Shown: piece by piece, positions 11,146 to 21,268 of the stretch
Layout: each line of letters begins with the position of its first letter
Position numbering within the stretch: the first letter of the stretch is position 1
NCBI GenBank assembly: GCA_963668625.2
Contig: CAXXKA010000006.1
Coordinates: forward strand, 800,001-864,000
Direction of reading: 5' to 3'
Length of the DNA: 64,000 nucleotides
From: an uncultured candidate division Zixibacteria bacterium
Lineage (GTDB): Bacteria > Zixibacteria > MSB-5A5 > UBA10806 > 4484-95
Program-made: the position numbers and the translations under genes
Notes under the pieces: generated by a model
The model's input: the letters and a program-made list of their open reading frames with translations, nothing else
Database searches by the model: none
Told to the model about the DNA's origin: nothing

Positions 11146-12591
11146 ATGAAGCATATTTTTACAGTCATACTCATAGTATTTTTAGTACAGGTTAGCCAAG
11201 CAGGTTGGACGCCTGCCGAGCGGATATCGGATGAGAATACGGTTTATCATCCGAGGATAGCAGCTAATGGGGAATCTATTCATGTTGCATATTCTGTAGA
11301 TACAAACGGAAATAATATAGCGTATTATTTAAGAAGCACAGATAATGGACAATCTTGGGCTGATCCTTATTTAATGGTTGATACTTCCGAAGCTCATGGT
11401 ACATTATTTCCTATTATTAGAACCAACGGAGATTCACTCTTTATGCTTTGGAGAAATTATTATAATACGGGAAACTACAGAAATTTGAGTTTTCGCAGAT
11501 CGCTAAACAATGGCTTAACATGGCAACCAGTACAATACTTATTGTATCCCCGCGATTACCATTTTCAAAAACATACTTTAAGTGTATCTAGCAGCAATGT
11601 ATTTGTTGCTTATAGTTACCATGATAGGGATCTGATTTATGAATTTATTAAAAGCACAAATGGCGGCCAAACCTGGAGCGAACCGGAAGAATTGTTAAGA
11701 TTATATGATGCTGATTTTATGGATATGGCTTGTCGCGGAGATACGATTTTCCTTGTTTGGGCTGGTAGATACAGCAGTGATGACCGCTGGGAATCTTATT
11801 ACATGAAAAGCAATGATGCTGGAGAAAATTGGACTGAAGCTCTCTTGTTATCCGAGCCTGATACTATCGGTTCTCATCATCCATCTATTTCAATTAATGA
11901 TACTGGTGAAATTGTCGTTTGTTGGTGTGATGGTAAGTTCTCTCCTAATCCCTGGAATGGTGATTTGTTTGTGAGGTACAGCTACGATATGGGGGAGACC
12001 TGGACAAATGAAGAACAGATTTATTTTAACCATTGGGCAGCTTTTCCCCGAGTTATCTGGCAAGGCGATTCTATCCATGTTGTCTGGCAGGATGATGACA
12101 TTTGGGGAGGCATCAATTATATGTTAAGCCCTGATAATGGCTTGACCTGGGAGGACCAACAACGATTGGATAATGATACTTATTTCTCGACCTATCCTGA
12201 TCTAGCATTAAGCGATAGCTCTGTCCATGCAGTCTGGAGCAATTACGTAGATACAGAGCCGGGCAGCGGGATTTATTATTGTCGTTGGGAACCGGAGGTT
12301 TCAGCACCAGACTTAGTGCCGGAGAACTACCATATCAGCCTGGTATCTTATCCAAATCCATTCAATTCAACAACGATGATTAATTATCAAAACATCGAAG
12401 GAGGTGATATAGAAATCTATGATATCAGAGGTCGTTTGGTCAATACACTCGTTTTGGGGGACTGTAAGGAGGGAAAAATAACATGGGACGGCACCGATTT
12501 GTCAGGCAAAAAAGTTAGCACCGGTGTGTATTTTGCAAAAGCCGAGACACCGCAGGGACTCACATCAAACAAATTGATATTTTTAAAATAA
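11146..12591 (+). CDS. Secreted BNR beta-propeller + T9SS-type CTD, array copy 7
   Basis: Same architecture; ATGA overlap with copy 6 tail. Confidence 0.88.
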   Translation: MKHIFTVILIVFLVQVSQAGWTPAERISDENTVYHPRIAANGESIHVAYSVDTNGNNIAYYLRSTDNGQSWADPYLMVDTSEAHGTLFPIIRTNGDSLFMLWRNYYNTGNYRNLSFRRSLNNGLTWQPVQYLLYPRDYHFQKHTLSVSSSNVFVAYSYHDRDLIYEFIKSTNGGQTWSEPEELLRLYDADFMDMACRGDTIFLVWAGRYSSDDRWESYYMKSNDAGENWTEALLLSEPDTIGSHHPSISINDTGEIVVCWCDGKFSPNPWNGDLFVRYSYDMGETWTNEEQIYFNHWAAFPRVIWQGDSIHVVWQDDDIWGGINYMLSPDNGLTWEDQQRLDNDTYFSTYPDLALSDSSVHAVWSNYVDTEPGSGIYYCRWEPEVSAPDLVPENYHISLVSYPNPFNSTTMINYQNIEGGDIEIYDIRGRLVNTLVLGDCKEGKITWDGTDLSGKKVSTGVYFAKAETPQGLTSNKLIFLK

Positions 12592-12681
12592 TTGAGTAAC
12601 AATCTAACTTGACATTTGCAGTAAAGTGGGTATATTTTGTGTGTTGTAATAAATGTAAATCAGCTTAGGGGAATTACTGCC
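12592..12681 (+). promoter_or_regulatory. Repeated intergenic promoter/RBS module (copy 3 of 4)
   Basis: Near-identical to 5461-5550. Confidence 0.7.
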
Positions 12682-14130
12682 ATGAGAAGAATATTATTAT
12701 GTTTGCTGTTTATTTTTATTGCCGTACCATGCCAGGCAGGTTGGACCCCCGCCGAACGGATATCGGATGAGAATACGGTTTATCATCCGAGGATAGCAGC
12801 TAATGGGGAATCTATTCATGTTGTCTATTCCAGTTGGATGGGGGCTAATGTTCCATATTACGTGAAGAGTGATGATAATGGCTTAACCTGGAGTGAGCCT
12901 TACTTAATGATCGACACCTCAACTAATGCAAACGCTGTCTTTCCGTTAATTGAAACATCCGGTGATTCGGTTTTCTCGATATGGAAACATAATATACGAA
13001 ACTCCAGCCATAAAACTATAGCATTCAGAAGGTCTCTAGATAACGGTGATCACTGGCAACCGATTGTGGATGTAATCCAACCTTGGGATTATATTTTACA
13101 AAAACATGCTATGAGTATATCCGGCAGAAATGTTTTTATCGCTTTTAGTTACAATGATGATAATTATGATTTAGTATATAAGTTTATGAAAAGCACAAAT
13201 GGCGGCCAAACCTGGAGCGAACCTGAAGAATTGTTAAGACTATACGATGCTGATTTTATGGATATGGCTTGCCGCGGAGATACGATTTTCCTTGTTTGGG
13301 CCGGCAATTATAGTGTTGACGATAGCTGGGAATCGTATTACATGAAAAGCAGCGATGCTGGAGATACCTGGTCTGATGCTATCTTACTTTCAGAACCAGA
13401 TACTATAAATTCTAATCACCCCTCAATTTCAATAAACGAACAGGGTAATATTATTGTTTGCTGGTATGATGGCAAGTATTCTCCCAATCCCTGGAATGGT
13501 GATTTGTTTGTGAGATACAGCTACGATATGGGCGAGACCTGGACTGAAGAAGAACAGATAACGTTTAATCACTGGGCAAGAGTTCCGCGTATTGTATGGC
13601 AAGGCGATTCACTCCATGTTGTCTGGCAGGATGATGACATTTGGGGGAGCATCGATTATATGCTAAGCCCTGATAATGGCTTAACCTGGGAGGATCGGCA
13701 ACGCTTGGATGACGATTATTATTACTCAAGTTATCCTGATATTGCTACGGATGATAGTTCCATCCATGCAGTATGGAGCAATTACGTAGATACTGAACCC
13801 GGTAGCGGGATATATTATAGCCGCTGGGAGCCAGAGGTTTCAGTTCCGGAGCTAATACCGCGTGATTACAATACAAATTTAATGTCATATCCTAATCCAT
13901 TCAATTCGACTACTAAATTACTTTTTAATGATGTGAAAGGGGGTGATATCGAGATATATAATATTACTGGGAAGTTAGTCACATGTCTCGTTTTGGGGGA
14001 CTGTCAGGAGGGATCGGTTATTTGGGACGGCACCGATTTGTCTGGCGAAAGAGTTAGCACCGGGATATATTTTGCAAAAGCTGGGACAAAGCAGGGATTC
14101 ACATCAAACAAATTGATATTTTTAAAATAA
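12682..14130 (+). CDS. Secreted BNR beta-propeller + T9SS-type CTD, array copy 8
   Basis: Start reassigned to ATG 12682 (RBS AGGGGA, MRRILL signal peptide) instead of 12637. Confidence 0.88.
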   Translation: MRRILLCLLFIFIAVPCQAGWTPAERISDENTVYHPRIAANGESIHVVYSSWMGANVPYYVKSDDNGLTWSEPYLMIDTSTNANAVFPLIETSGDSVFSIWKHNIRNSSHKTIAFRRSLDNGDHWQPIVDVIQPWDYILQKHAMSISGRNVFIAFSYNDDNYDLVYKFMKSTNGGQTWSEPEELLRLYDADFMDMACRGDTIFLVWAGNYSVDDSWESYYMKSSDAGDTWSDAILLSEPDTINSNHPSISINEQGNIIVCWYDGKYSPNPWNGDLFVRYSYDMGETWTEEEQITFNHWARVPRIVWQGDSLHVVWQDDDIWGSIDYMLSPDNGLTWEDRQRLDDDYYYSSYPDIATDDSSIHAVWSNYVDTEPGSGIYYSRWEPEVSVPELIPRDYNTNLMSYPNPFNSTTKLLFNDVKGGDIEIYNITGKLVTCLVLGDCQEGSVIWDGTDLSGERVSTGIYFAKAGTKQGFTSNKLIFLK

Positions 14131-14220
14131 TTGAGTAACAATCTTACTTGACATATGCAGTAAAATGGGTATATTTTGTGTGTTGTAATAAATGTAAATC
14201 AGCTTAGGGGAATAACTGCC
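14131..14220 (+). promoter_or_regulatory. Repeated intergenic promoter/RBS module (copy 4 of 4)
   Basis: Near-identical to 5461-5550. Confidence 0.7.
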
Positions 14221-15666
14221 ATGAGAAGAATATTATTAAGCGTACTGTTTATTCTTATTGCTGTACCATGCCAAGCCGGTTGGACACCCGCCGAGAGAAT
14301 ATCGGATGAGAATACGATACTCCATCCACGGATTATCTCTAAGGGCGATAATTTACATGTTATGTATAGTAAATGGATAGGTTCTGACCTTCCTTATTAT
14401 ATTCGAAGCGAAAATAACGGTTTGTCGTGGAGCGAGCCGTACATGATGATTGATACAACGATTTATTCAAATGGGGTATTTCCAGTATTGGAAGTCGTTG
14501 GTAATGTTGTTTACGCATTGTGGCGGCAGAGTTATCGGAGTATTAATCGAAGGGCTCTTGCTTTCAGGATATCTGTAAATAATGGGATTACTTGGGGGCC
14601 AATAACGAATATAGTAACTCTTAACGATGAGTATTTTCAGAAACACACATTTTGCGTATCGGGAGATAATATATTTGTAATCTATAATTATTACGATAAT
14701 GAATTAATTTATAAGTTTGTCAAAAGTACAAATTATGGGCAGACTTGGTTTGAACCGATAGAGTTGTTCCGGGCCAATGAATCTGGTTTAATAGATATGG
14801 CTTGCAGGGGGGATACGATTTATTTCGTCTGGTCCGGCAATTTTAGTTCTCAAGATAGCTGGGAGACATATTATTTAAGAAGTTTAGATGGCGGCGATAC
14901 TTGGAGCGAAAATCAATTGCTTACAGAGCCTGATGCAATAGGCTCCCAACATCCCTCTATAGCTATTAATGAGAATGGCAATGTAGCTGTGTGCTGGACT
15001 GACGGCAAATACTCCCCAAACCCCTGGAATGGAGACTTATTTGTCAGATACATTTATAATTCAGGAGAAAACTGGACACAGGAAGAACAAATAACCTTTA
15101 CTCACTGGGCTAGAGTCCCTAGAATTGTCTGGAGAAGCGATTCTATTCATGTAGCCTGGGAAGATGGACGTTATAGTGCGAGTGATCCCTTTTATATGTT
15201 AAGCCCTAATAACGGAATTAGTTGGGAACAGGAACAGCTAATTGATAATGATCCTGAAGCATCGGAATATCCGGATATAGCTTTGACTGATAGCGGTGTT
15301 CATGTAGTATGGACTGATTTCCGTATGTATGATCTGGGGCGAGGCGTTTATTATTCGCGCTTGGAACCTGATGTATTCATCGATGAAGCTGTTCCATGGG
15401 ATTACCGTACGAAATTAATATCCTATCCTAACCCCTTTAATTCAACTACGCTAATTTTATATTCGAATCCGGAAGGATGTGATTTAAATATATACGATAT
15501 CACAGGACGATTGATTAAAACGCTGTGTCTTAGGGCAACTAGAAAGGGGAATATAGCCTGGGACGCTACTGACAACTCCGGTAATTTAGTGGCAACTGGA
15601 GTTTATTTCGCAATTATGAGTACACATCTGGGGACTGTTTCAACAAAGCTTATTTTCCTAAAATAA
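14221..15666 (+). CDS. Secreted BNR beta-propeller + T9SS-type CTD, array copy 9 (most divergent, terminal)
   Basis: Start at ATG 14221; same motifs, visibly more substitutions in the core. Confidence 0.86.
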   Translation: MRRILLSVLFILIAVPCQAGWTPAERISDENTILHPRIISKGDNLHVMYSKWIGSDLPYYIRSENNGLSWSEPYMMIDTTIYSNGVFPVLEVVGNVVYALWRQSYRSINRRALAFRISVNNGITWGPITNIVTLNDEYFQKHTFCVSGDNIFVIYNYYDNELIYKFVKSTNYGQTWFEPIELFRANESGLIDMACRGDTIYFVWSGNFSSQDSWETYYLRSLDGGDTWSENQLLTEPDAIGSQHPSIAINENGNVAVCWTDGKYSPNPWNGDLFVRYIYNSGENWTQEEQITFTHWARVPRIVWRSDSIHVAWEDGRYSASDPFYMLSPNNGISWEQEQLIDNDPEASEYPDIALTDSGVHVVWTDFRMYDLGRGVYYSRLEPDVFIDEAVPWDYRTKLISYPNPFNSTTLILYSNPEGCDLNIYDITGRLIKTLCLRATRKGNIAWDATDNSGNLVATGVYFAIMSTHLGTVSTKLIFLK

Positions 15667-15698
15667 CCAATAACTAAACCCAAAACAAGGAGGGTTTT

Positions 15699-18600
15699 GT
15701 GTTAAAAGCATTTTTTAACATTAGTGTGTTAGTGTGCTTAGTATTGATGAGTTCAATGTCTCTAGCTTCGGACGAATACTGGACAGATTTGAATGCGCCG
15801 TACTGGGCTAACGGAATTGATGTGGCCGTAGGACAAACAGATACTTCGCCTGGAATCCGATATCTTATAGGTTCTAACAATGAAAATACAAACCTAATGC
15901 GATGGAATCTAATAAGCAATGGCTGGGATGATTTTTTCCCAATTTCATCATCTGTAAAGCTCGTTTCATATAAAAGAAATAACCAAGGTCTCAGAGCTTT
16001 TTGTGCTCAATCTGGAGGGGATGTTTATCGGACTAATGATGGTGGCATCAGTTGGGATCATATATTATCCATCCCAGCTAATACCAACTACAGCGCCATT
16101 GATGTGACGACATTCTTCGGTGATCCCGGACAATATATATTCGCGGGAATGGCGAGTGAAACCGGTCATGTTTCAGCATATCTTTATGATAACGATTATC
16201 AGAATGGCACATGGTTTATGCTCGGTGATGACACCCCGCAAAATAATCTGCTCTATGAGAAGGATGTTTTCGATGTCGAATGCTCTGAAACTAGAGGTGT
16301 ATATGCCGGTACTGAGGATGGTCTCTATTTTCATGACTACCCTGCAGATCCTCAAAATCAGAATCCCTGGCAACACTTGAACGCACTACAAAACTGTCAG
16401 GTACGGGCTTTAGAATCAATCGATGATATGCACGGGGAGCAGCTTGCTGCTGTTATTGATCCCGGCCAAAACAGAAAACTGTACTTCTCGGGATTAGGGA
16501 ATATATGGGAAAATCCTATTGAACTTAAACCGCGAGGGGAGTCGTTTGAGAAGCCTGTCAATGATATAGCGGGAGTTTACTGGTATAATGATCATGTGTC
16601 TTGCTATGCGGCAACGTCTGATGGATTGTATAGCATATATTTTCAACAGAACACGACTGGCGACTGTGATGAAATAGATATCGCAAACTATGCAAATGTT
16701 TTTAACTATGATAAGAATTTTATCGCAGTTGACTATTATTTCTATGATGATGAAAATAAGCACGCGAAGGTGATAGCCTCAACACCGAACAGTGTTTACG
16801 AAATACATGAGGAGAGAGATAATAATGGTACCCTGGTTAGTATCGAAGTCACCGAAATAACCAACGGCACTTATAAATGCGATGCCGCCGCTTTAACATT
16901 CCCTGAATATGTTCCGGGAGTCACCAGGAAGGTATTCATGAACACCCCGGAAGGATTAATAAAAAAAGGCAATCTGGATGATTGGAAACTTTGCGGATTA
17001 TCGAATCTCAATCATTCATCATATATAGGTACCGATGTGGTTTCAGAACCAACTGGTAATGGGATAGTAATCGCAGCATCATCAGCAAGCGAGACTGCCA
17101 ATGGCATGATCATATATTCGGGTGACTATGGGGTAACATGGCAAGAACCGGAACTGCTTCCAAATTCTATAAGGTCGCTGGCGTTGAGTCCTCATTCCGA
17201 TGAAGCTTACGCCGGCGGATATGGTCAATTGCTTTACCATAGCTCCGACAATGGTCAGATATGGTCAGGAATAATTAATATGGGCGAATTGGTTTTCGTC
17301 AATGATATCCTGGTTGATCCCGATCCGAATAGACAGAACTATATATATGTTGCCGGGTCGGTGGCTTATGGAACTACAACAAAGATCAAAGCTGGCAATG
17401 GAGGTCAGTGGTATGATATAGAGAATGGTTTAAGCGCTGTAAACAACGTATACCAATTATGTAAAAAACGCCGATGATGATGCTTTATATGCCGCTACTG
17501 ATGACGGTATATATAAAGCGGATATCTCTAACCTACAAAATGTCACCTGGGTTAGAAAAACCGATGAGATAGGTAATCCCGCGTTTGCCTCGATAGTGAA
17601 CGATCCCAATGAGAAGTACGTGCTGTTTGGATCAACTTACCCCGGTATAGGTAATCCTCACGTATATGTCAGCGCGGATTCCGGCAGGAGCTGGAACGAT
17701 TATACTCAGATTATCGGTGATGATGATGCCGATATAAGTAAATTAGCATTTTCACAAAGCGCTGAACCCGCGGTCATCGCTGGAACAGAAAAAGGATTAT
17801 ACTTTGTACCGGATATAGTTAAGTCGGGCAATCATGATTCCCACCTTGAATGGGGACCTGGAAAAATAATTGTGAACGGTGATGTGTCCAATTGGCTTTA
17901 TGGTGATTTGGAAATAGTTAATCCATGCACGCTTCTTTTTGTATATGATTTTGCTAGGAGTGATTGTGACTTCGGTTGGCAAGCATCCAAATCTGAATTG
18001 TTTCTTAAGGGCAATACTGTTAATGAAGATTTTATTGCCAATGGATCACAGCAAGATAAAATAATATTTACATCATCTCACACTACAAATCCTCAACCGG
18101 GTGACTGGGGTGGAATTACTGTTTGCTATAACTCCCATCCTTGTATCAATATGCAGCATTGTAAGGTAGAATATGCTGATTATGGTATTATTTCACATTA
18201 TGCGGCTAGACCATATAAGTTTGAAGTCACTTATTGTGAATTTAAAGATATGGTGATGGGAGGAGTAATTGTAATCTGCAATCCTCTATATTATAGCACG
18301 ATTGTAAACAAGTGTACTTTTGAGAATTGTGGTGGCTATGCATTAGAATTAGCTCGCGATAAAGAGACATTTACTCCTTCACCTTATCTCACTAATAATA
18401 CTATTATTAATAGTACTATTGGATTGATTTACGCCGGTTCAGGTAACAGCACGGACTCGAGAAAGGCTTATATAGAACATAATGTAATTCAAGATTGTGA
18501 CGAGTATGGTATTCTTGTTAGCATAAGCTATGATGCAATATATCCGCCACGCGTCGAGATAAACGATAATACGTTGACAAATATTCAAGGTACAGGCATA

Positions 18601-19380
18601 CAATTATTCGAGGTTTCAGATAAGACTGTAATAGGAGGTAATGAGTTAATAAACTCGGGAAACTATGGGGTTTACATTACAAATTCATCACCTGTTCTGG
18701 ATGAGTATTCAGGTTCACCTAACATTATTAAAGCAGCGAAAGTCGGAATATACTGCGACGGATACAGTGGTCCTTACGTTAGAAATACTGTTATCAGAAA
18801 TAGTATAAATTATGGAATTCTTGCCGAGGTGAAGGAGCCACCCGTAACATTACCTAACTTTGGCGATGTGTCTGATCCAGGAAATAATTCATTTACTTAC
18901 ATTAATCCCTCTGCAAAGTACCGAGATATATCTATAAAATATGATGGTGCACAATATGAAGTCCTAGCTCAGGGAAATTGGTGGGGAGAATATCCTCCCA
19001 ATGCTACTGAAATTACGGGTTATGTAACTTATGATCCCGCGCTGGATTATGATCCCTGGAAAGGCTATGGTAAAAGAGTCGCTAACGAGGCAAACATACC
19101 GACTAGAGTAACATTGGATCAAAATTACCCGAACCCTTTTAACCCCAGTACGGATATCTCCCTTTATATTCCAGAGACACAACAGGTATCTGTAGATATT
19201 TATAATATCCGAGGCCAGGTAGTTAAGAATCTGATTTCAGAAATCCTTAGTATTGGTCACTACACGATCCATTGGGATGGGAAAAACGAGAACAACAATG
19301 CCGTGGCATCTGGTATATATTTCTACGTTTTAACTACTGATGATGAAAAAGTGACCAAGAAAATGACGCTTTTACGATAA
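15699..19380 (+). pseudogene. Large secreted protein (beta-propeller + right-handed beta-helix + T9SS-type CTD) split by a +1 frameshift at an A6 run (~17463-17468)
   Basis: Deleting one A gives ...CKNADDDALYAATDDGIYK... in frame with ORF 17596-19380. Signal peptide, Asp-boxes, PGDWGGI, NWWG and QNYPNPFNP tail are present. May be a sequencing error. Confidence 0.75.
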
Positions 19381-19409
19381 ATCACGGTTTTAAATAAAGG
19401 AGAATTAAA

Positions 19410-19961
19410 ATGAAAAGGTTTAAAATATTAGGCTCTTTATTTATTCTGATAGTCTCGCTCTTAGTACTATCTGGCAATGTAATAGCCGGGGAAGTTATGT
19501 ATGAAATATCGAGAGGTAAAGTAATACATGACCCAGATTCCCAAAATAATAGATTTATTTTCAGACCAGAGATAGATATTTTTGGAGAGAGCACTTATAT
19601 TGTTAAGGCAACATTAAGTACTGAAATCACGCCATTAACAAACGATACGACATTCTTGGAAATAAGAATTTATCCAATAACAACAGATTGGTATGGAAAC
19701 AATGTGTCTTGGACGAATCCTTGGAATGAGCCAGGCGGTGATTTTGATGAATTACATTACGCGCATGCTCTAGTATCTTTACCTCAGGAGCAGGAGGTAA
19801 GATTCGATCTAACGAATCTGCTACAGGGATTTTGTAGTGGCAACCTGGAATATTACGGATTTATTGTAACTGTCTCAGCTAGTTCTTGGGATGCTTTCAC
19901 ATTATCCAACCTGCACTCTAATAGGCCGCTAGCGACGATAAATGTGGTGTATTTTCAATGA
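19410..19961 (+). CDS. Secreted DNRLRE/disaggregatase-like domain protein
   Basis: Signal peptide; I-x-x-A-T-L ... IYPITTDW...VSW..PW..PGGDF...FDLTNLLQ...GFIV pattern. Confidence 0.6.
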   Translation: MKRFKILGSLFILIVSLLVLSGNVIAGEVMYEISRGKVIHDPDSQNNRFIFRPEIDIFGESTYIVKATLSTEITPLTNDTTFLEIRIYPITTDWYGNNVSWTNPWNEPGGDFDELHYAHALVSLPQEQEVRFDLTNLLQGFCSGNLEYYGFIVTVSASSWDAFTLSNLHSNRPLATINVVYFQ

Positions 19962-19990
19962 TGCTAGATTAGCATTCTGAGGAGAAAAAT

Positions 19991-20019
19991 AGCGGTTTTA
20001 TATCAGTGAAACCGCTTTT
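19991..20019 (+). terminator. Probable intrinsic terminator
   Basis: AGCGGTTT...AAACCGCT stem followed by TTT. Confidence 0.45.
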
Positions 20020-20060
20020 AATTAGCGCTGTCAATTATAAGGGGATATTTACGATTTTTA

Positions 20061-20089
20061 TTGACCATCTGGTGGATAATTCTTATACT
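20061..20089 (+). promoter_or_regulatory. Sigma70-like promoter for 20186 gene
   Basis: TTGACC-17 bp-TATACT. Confidence 0.6.
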
Positions 20090-20185
20090 TATTTACAGGG
20101 GCGTAGTTTAATTATGCCCTTTTTTTCTCGTTAAGGTTGTATTAAGGCAACACGATATTTATCAGCCTAATATTTCATCGGGCGC

Positions 20186-21229
20186 GTGGTTATGGATATA
20201 TCGGATAATAAAATATCACTTATAGAATTTTTAAATGACCCATCTAATAAAAGAAATTTCATAATATTTTATAAGCTGTGTTATGCTCACGTCTACGGTT
20301 TCCTGACATATCAAAAAAGAAAAGGTTACTATTATCCTGACAATATGTATACCAGCAATGATGGTCTCAGCGATATGGCTGTTGATATACTGGGGGCGCT
20401 ATTTCGAAATGATAAGAGCAGAAAGTTTAATGTGATATATGATTACTACAAGTCTCACAACATAACCGAGTATTCATCTACAAATGTCAACGAAATATAC
20501 GACTTATTTAAGCAGCTGGTAAATAGTTTTACTCGTCAAGAGCTGAGTAAACTGAAAAAAGCCGTCGACCCGCAGATAGATAATCTAAAGCGACGAATAA
20601 AGAGTATATTAAAAAGCTCTGATTACGCCGTGTATTCAGCGAACCCATCGGGAGAGAAGTATATAAGGTTATCATCGCAGGAGCATGACAAGAATGATAG
20701 CAACTCGCCAATTGAATTTGATTCTTTACTTGATATCGCCAGGGAGGCTTATTATAGCAGTAAGAACCGGGTGGAATGGTGCTTCAATATATTTGAAACA
20801 ATAACAGATGAATATGGCCCGGCCTCTTTTGTGAAATTTCATGAGCTGATCAAGGCAATGATCCAGGTTAATGTGACTGATTTGGAGCTTTATTATAATG
20901 ACAAAACCAATAAGATAACAACGGATATTACTTACAGCGATAGTACCTTAAATGAGAAAAAGAACCTGACACTCAAATGGGTAAAGGAAGATACGTTAAG
21001 TTCTTTTGTAATCAATGGGCGGCTTGATGATGATCTGGCCGAAAGAATACTACAGGCTGTTGATAATTATCTCTCTGATTTGTTATTTTCATCCGGTACT
21101 GATGCTTTACCATTGTATTTCCGTGAGGTTATGCCGGATTCCGAACATAAATGCTATCTGGATAAGTATAAATATATCTTTGAGACAACCATCCGAAACG
21201 CTGAGGATTATCTAAAAAAGATAATTTAA
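20186..21229 (+). CDS. Hypothetical protein, putative divergent sigma-factor-like regulator
   Basis: Soluble 347-aa ORF. LSDMAVDILGALF resembles the ECF region-2 'AEDLxQExF' helix, and the gene lies directly upstream of a ZAS anti-sigma gene. The call rests mostly on context. Confidence 0.45.
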   Translation: MVMDISDNKISLIEFLNDPSNKRNFIIFYKLCYAHVYGFLTYQKRKGYYYPDNMYTSNDGLSDMAVDILGALFRNDKSRKFNVIYDYYKSHNITEYSSTNVNEIYDLFKQLVNSFTRQELSKLKKAVDPQIDNLKRRIKSILKSSDYAVYSANPSGEKYIRLSSQEHDKNDSNSPIEFDSLLDIAREAYYSSKNRVEWCFNIFETITDEYGPASFVKFHELIKAMIQVNVTDLELYYNDKTNKITTDITYSDSTLNEKKNLTLKWVKEDTLSSFVINGRLDDDLAERILQAVDNYLSDLLFSSGTDALPLYFREVMPDSEHKCYLDKYKYIFETTIRNAEDYLKKII

Positions 21230-21231
21230 TA

Positions 21232-21259
21232 TTCTACAAATAAGCTGTTTGGCAGCTAT
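21232..21259 (+). promoter_or_regulatory. Bipartite motif TTCTACAAAT-N10-GCAGCTAT (copy 1), candidate alternative-sigma promoter
   Basis: Both blocks and the spacing recur exactly at 24449-24476. Confidence 0.55.
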
Positions 21260-21268
21260 ATCATTTTA

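Larger units (their letters stand above)
8427..11149 (+). pseudogene. Array copy 6, interrupted in its C-terminal sorting domain by an IS3 element
   Basis: Removing the IS and one GAC TSD restores ...EIYD-IAGRLVKKLVLGG...VVYLK. Confidence 0.9.

Noticed and set aside
409-12078. Recurrent minus-strand short ORFs (MDRIALPDNS...)
   Set aside because: Antisense shadows of the conserved paralog core; they recur only because the + strand gene is repeated.
5461-14220. CRISPR-like or attC-like reading of the 90-bp repeated spacers
   Set aside because: They are separated by whole paralogous genes, are not palindromic, and look like duplicated promoter/RBS regions. No cas genes are present.
1-15666. 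Diversity-generating retroelement explanation for paralog variation
   Set aside because: No reverse transcriptase in the window, differences are not adenine-specific, and variation comes in long shared blocks rather than a TR/VR pair.
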